A stretch of DNA of 32,000 nucleotides from Telmatocola sphagniphila (GTDB taxonomy: Bacteria > Planctomycetota > Planctomycetia > Gemmatales > Gemmataceae), in assembly GCF_018398935.1 (NCBI RefSeq), contig NZ_CP074694.1, forward strand, positions 1,290,001-1,322,000, read 5' to 3'. A program made the translations under genes and the position numbers. A model generated the notes under the pieces. It searched no databases. It saw nothing but the letters and a program-made list of their open reading frames with translations, and was not told where the DNA came from. The number at the start of each line of letters is the position of its first letter. Positions within the stretch are counted from its first letter, which is position 1. This document shows, piece by piece, positions 29,001 to 32,000 of this stretch.

Positions 29001-29342
29001 GCCGCCAAATTGTTTGGCAACGGTGGGCAGAATAATTTCAATGCGTTTCTTACCCGAGCCGACTGGACGAATCGTTACGTTCTTCAAGTCGGCGGGGTCG
29101 AGACGCCGCTTCAGAGCGGCGGCTAGTTCCTTCATATCGACATCAGCTGCCGATCCTTCACCGGCCTTAGAGACAGTCTGATCCAGTTCGTAAACCAGAA
29201 TCGTACCGCCTACCAGGTCGATACCTAGTTTGAAGCCCTGCCCACTGTCGCGATACTTCATGTAGGCGCGACCAACCAACAAGGTCGCAATCAGGAGCGG
29301 GATGAGGCAGAGTATGGTTCTTCGACTGAAATTCCGTTGCAT
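26064..29342 (-). CDS. secDF: Fused protein-export membrane protein SecDF (1092 aa)
   Basis: LGIDLVGGTILVYE (SecD head), the RND-like TM bundle with MLGMAVDANVLIYERLREE, a second half starting GLNVDFVGGTAY (SecF), and VGYSVNDTIVVFDRIRE. Confidence 0.93.
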   Translation of the reverse strand: MQRNFSRRTILCLIPLLIATLLVGRAYMKYRDSGQGFKLGIDLVGGTILVYELDQTVSKAGEGSAADVDMKELAAALKRRLDPADLKNVTIRPVGSGKKRIEIILPTVAKQFGGDQSTGDADSKVGTGKKNLNQEEIEEFKKLIQAVGSLEFRMLANDADTDDKKGIQAAQEYLENPANKDILERAAIDGVPPPGPSAPDGEFLALNEPATYSWAPIDDRYRTSLGLQNANEGKGDLWMKVAEARKEGKAYLQVNRGNGDEGEGQVSSMLIYSRECKSLKLSQQQREERKYEYFILTRSSDSLKVGGSVTITAREGNGFSNKGRNFLEFTLNSAGSSQFAKLTRKNKPSGDATGTKQMRQFAIILDGLITSAPQINSPITGGSGIIEVGSIKDVREIVQILKSGALPASLKPLPVSENTIGATLGEDTIKSGTWAVFLAFVAVLIFMVIYYRFAGLVASLALLANLLLTVGFMVAVNATFTLPGLAGLVLMLGMAVDANVLIYERLREERDRGNSIATALRNGYDRAFPTIIDTHLSSIFTAIVLYTVGNDQLKGFGVSLTAGLIISLFTSLFMTRLIFDYCLHRNWLKQLRMLRFFSKPSIDFMAIRKLMFTATAILTILGLGLFLARGSNGLNVDFVGGTAYGGQFKTEKSISELRHLLSDERQKTLLAIDSVKSVEDPSGKFKNIYAIKYKDGSEQQVTLANPPLGETTEQKEAAVAKRASQLPDWSVEQIFLQSQSGSNSRYFTVRTTEMEPELVQIALDRLCREGDTAAGASLLLTTDFTITPKDKHWLLNFIDPTTKEPVPTSPSFVKTLLEREFRTKAPEVGNADLIDVRGEGAAIEGRYTTMRFDLADNPIARKLNAQEVESLLKSGEAAFASRPQPERLETFDSTLADETKNRAVYAILASWLAILLYLWFRFGSWTFGAAAVICLIHDLCFTLGAIAICYYVHDTAFGKLLGLKDFKIDLPAVAALLTLVGYSVNDTIVVFDRIREVRGKNPKLTEQMINDSVNQTLSRTLLASLTTWLVVIVLYAFGGDGVHLFAFVMVIGVIVGTYSSIYIASPLLLIFGEGVEPETQATRALAAAAAKA
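26068..26093. repeat. 26-nt perfect palindrome at the glgC/secDF convergent junction, a candidate bidirectional terminator hairpin
   Basis: gctttagcagccgcggctgctaaagc is checked base by base as self-complementary about 26080/26081. It starts 16 nt after the glgC stop and lies inside the last 9 codons of secDF (ALAAAAAKA). There is no clean U-tract on either side. Confidence 0.5.
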
Positions 29343-29454
29343 ATTCGGCCGATTTCCGAAAAAAGAGGATTCCTATCCGTATTAAAAACTCACCAATTTT
29401 GAAGTCGAGCCGACTCATCTGAGTCCACTCGTTCTATTTTGCTTAAACCGTTAC

Positions 29455-29826
29455 TTAGGTCTTGTTTTCCAGGACTTTCTGTTCTTCTTCCGAACCTATG
29501 ATTCGGATGATCGAGCTTTTTCGAACTCGTATGCGAGTATTACTGGTGTCATCCGTCCGAAGAGTGACCTCGTCTTCGTTCTCTTTCAGAGCGACGACGG
29601 TCCCGAAGATTCCGGCAGTGGTTTCGACCTTATCGTTCTTTTTGAGGCTGGAAAGCAAGTTCTGCATGGTCTGCTTCTGCTTGCGGGAAGAAGTGACCAT
29701 CAAGAAAAAGAACAGTCCCAGCGGCAACAGCAACATGATCATATTGGCGGCTGGGGGCGGACCAGCCGGCTGCGCTGCATTGGGGTCGGCGTCTGCTAAT
29801 AAGGAGAACGCCTGGAGCATATTCAT
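29455..29826 (-). CDS. yajC: Preprotein translocase subunit YajC
   Basis: A single TM (MIMLLLPLGLFFFLMV) is followed by RKQKQTMQNLLSSLKKNDKVETTAGIFGTVVAL...VTL. I prefer ATG 29826 (MNMLQAF). The longer ATG 29946 would overlap tgt by 59 nt. Confidence 0.85.
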   Translation of the reverse strand: MNMLQAFSLLADADPNAAQPAGPPPAANMIMLLLPLGLFFFLMVTSSRKQKQTMQNLLSSLKKNDKVETTAGIFGTVVALKENEDEVTLRTDDTSNTRIRVRKSSIIRIIGSEEEQKVLENKT

Positions 29827-29887
29827 ATTTCGACTCGAACCATGAGCTTTCGCTCGGAAAGCAGGAATATCCAGTAAAAGCTCTATC

Positions 29888-31024
<1,137 letters not shown>

Positions 31025-31146
31025 TTAGCCAAGCGTCTTGATGGAAATGGTCGATTTCATTTTTCGTACTCGGAACGAGCCGGCCAGAAATTTCGAAGCT
31101 TTGCGCAAGAAAAAGCCGTTAGGTGGAATGGGGAGGATAGGCGGTA

Positions 31147-32000
31147 ATGACACTGCCGACGAATATTCATTTGGCCAATTGCTGGGTCTTCACATTAGTC
31201 TCCGTCGGATGCACGTTGACCGGACGATCCCTTCTGGCACTCGCCGCCCCCAGGTACGCAAGATGTCGATTGGAGGATTGGCTGCTTTCCGCCTTCTGCG
31301 GGACCTCGCTCTGGATGCTGGTTCTGGGATCGCTTTGTCACAGCGGCTTCACCATTGCTCAAATCCGACTACCCGTCGGTGCGTTATTCCTGCTAATTTT
31401 TCTGGCAGCCGTTGGTATGCACAGATCTGCATTTTTTTTGCGCCTGCCGAGTCTGGCCTCGCTTTTTTTAATCTACATCCTCGGCAATTTGATGTGTCTT
31501 CTGCTTTGGGAACGATTTCAAAACGGAGGGTGGTATCCGATTTTCAACGACGCCAGCATTTATGCTAACTGCAGCACTTGGTTGCAGTACCATGCTTTTT
31601 CTCGGGCGGTCGATCCATTTGCACCTCACAACCCCATGAGCCAATCGATTGAGGAATTTCAGGAGTGCGGTTACCGCATGGGTGGAACATTCTTTCTGGC
31701 CTTCGTAAGTAGTTGGTTTCCCAGAAATGATACCTTCGAGGTCTTAAAACCGGTTGCCCTCTGGTGTCTGGTTCTCAACTTTGCCGGTATTTATTTGCTC
31801 GCCCGCTGGGGAATACGCTTGAATCGCTGCGGGGCGGCACTGGCCGCCGCAATAGCACATGCTTTGCCGAACCCGCTTTATCTGGCTGAAGAATATAATT
31901 TCATGCCGCAGCTTCTGGGAACATCTTTGCTCATGGTCAGTCTGGCCGTTTTGAACCGCACCCGCGTACCGTCCCGTTGGAATTTTCAGTCCGCTGTGGT
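31147..32000 (+). CDS. Polytopic integral membrane protein of unknown function, 5' part (284 codons), continuing past the window end
   Basis: Hand translation from ATG 31147 (MTLPTNIHLANCWVFTLVSVGC...) is open to position 32000 and shows at least 7 hydrophobic segments. An in-frame TAG lies 9 nt upstream and GGGAGGA lies at 31131..31137. It is missing from the ORF track because no stop lies in the window. The track ORF 31038..31568 is in another frame and Arg-rich. Confidence 0.6.
   Translation, partial: MTLPTNIHLANCWVFTLVSVGCTLTGRSLLALAAPRYARCRLEDWLLSAFCGTSLWMLVLGSLCHSGFTIAQIRLPVGALFLLIFLAAVGMHRSAFFLRLPSLASLFLIYILGNLMCLLLWERFQNGGWYPIFNDASIYANCSTWLQYHAFSRAVDPFAPHNPMSQSIEEFQECGYRMGGTFFLAFVSSWFPRNDTFEVLKPVALWCLVLNFAGIYLLARWGIRLNRCGAALAAAIAHALPNPLYLAEEYNFMPQLLGTSLLMVSLAVLNRTRVPSRWNFQSAV

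Noticed and set aside
29343-29454. Small hairpins (gactcagatgagtc, gtcggctcgac) in the yajC-secDF spacer as possible attenuators
   Set aside because: The stems are only 5-6 bp with minimal loops and no U-tract. In a 112-nt intra-operon spacer they are not distinguishable from chance.
31038-31568. 176-aa plus-strand ORF from the track
   Set aside because: It is Arg/Gly-rich and in a different frame from the membrane-protein frame, which has a good RBS and stays open to the window end. It is probably an off-frame artefact.

Overview
Gene-dense window, roughly 90% coding by my estimate, that reads as core chromosome of a Planctomycetota-type bacterium. That assignment is an inference from three things: a DUF1559-type pilin-like protein with the [33 protein letters not shown]-terminus, an over-long SecA, and an over-long fused SecDF. 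I found no rRNA, tRNA, CRISPR array, transposase or integrase.

Gene content, left to right:
- A PUFA-synthase-like (secondary lipid) locus on the minus strand. A PfaD-type enoyl reductase (4200..5969) is coupled by an ATGA overlap to a large KS-AT-ACP-ACP multidomain synthase (4203 down to position 1). The synthase runs off the left edge, so it is missing from the supplied ORF track.
- Fpg/Nei DNA glycosylase, then secA followed by the Kdo transferase gene waaA.
- A zinc-ribbon membrane protein, a xylose-isomerase-like TIM-barrel protein and a DUF1559 pilin-like protein with a clean intrinsic terminator.
- mobA, a putative lipoprotein with a Cys-less phosphatase-like domain, and a stand-alone Clp_N protein.
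- trpB-trpA, pheT-hemY, glgC.
- The conserved tgt-yajC-secDF operon.
- A polytopic membrane protein truncated at the right edge, also missing from the ORF track.

I do not see a clear-cut novel system such as a defence island or mobile element. The items most worth a second look are the truncated pfa-like lipid/polyketide locus, an apparent internal duplication in the SecA helical-wing region, the enlarged SecDF periplasmic domains, a catalytically altered phosphatase-like lipoprotein, and a 26-nt perfect palindrome at the glgC/secDF convergent junction. All protein-family calls come from motif recognition by eye. No database search was run.
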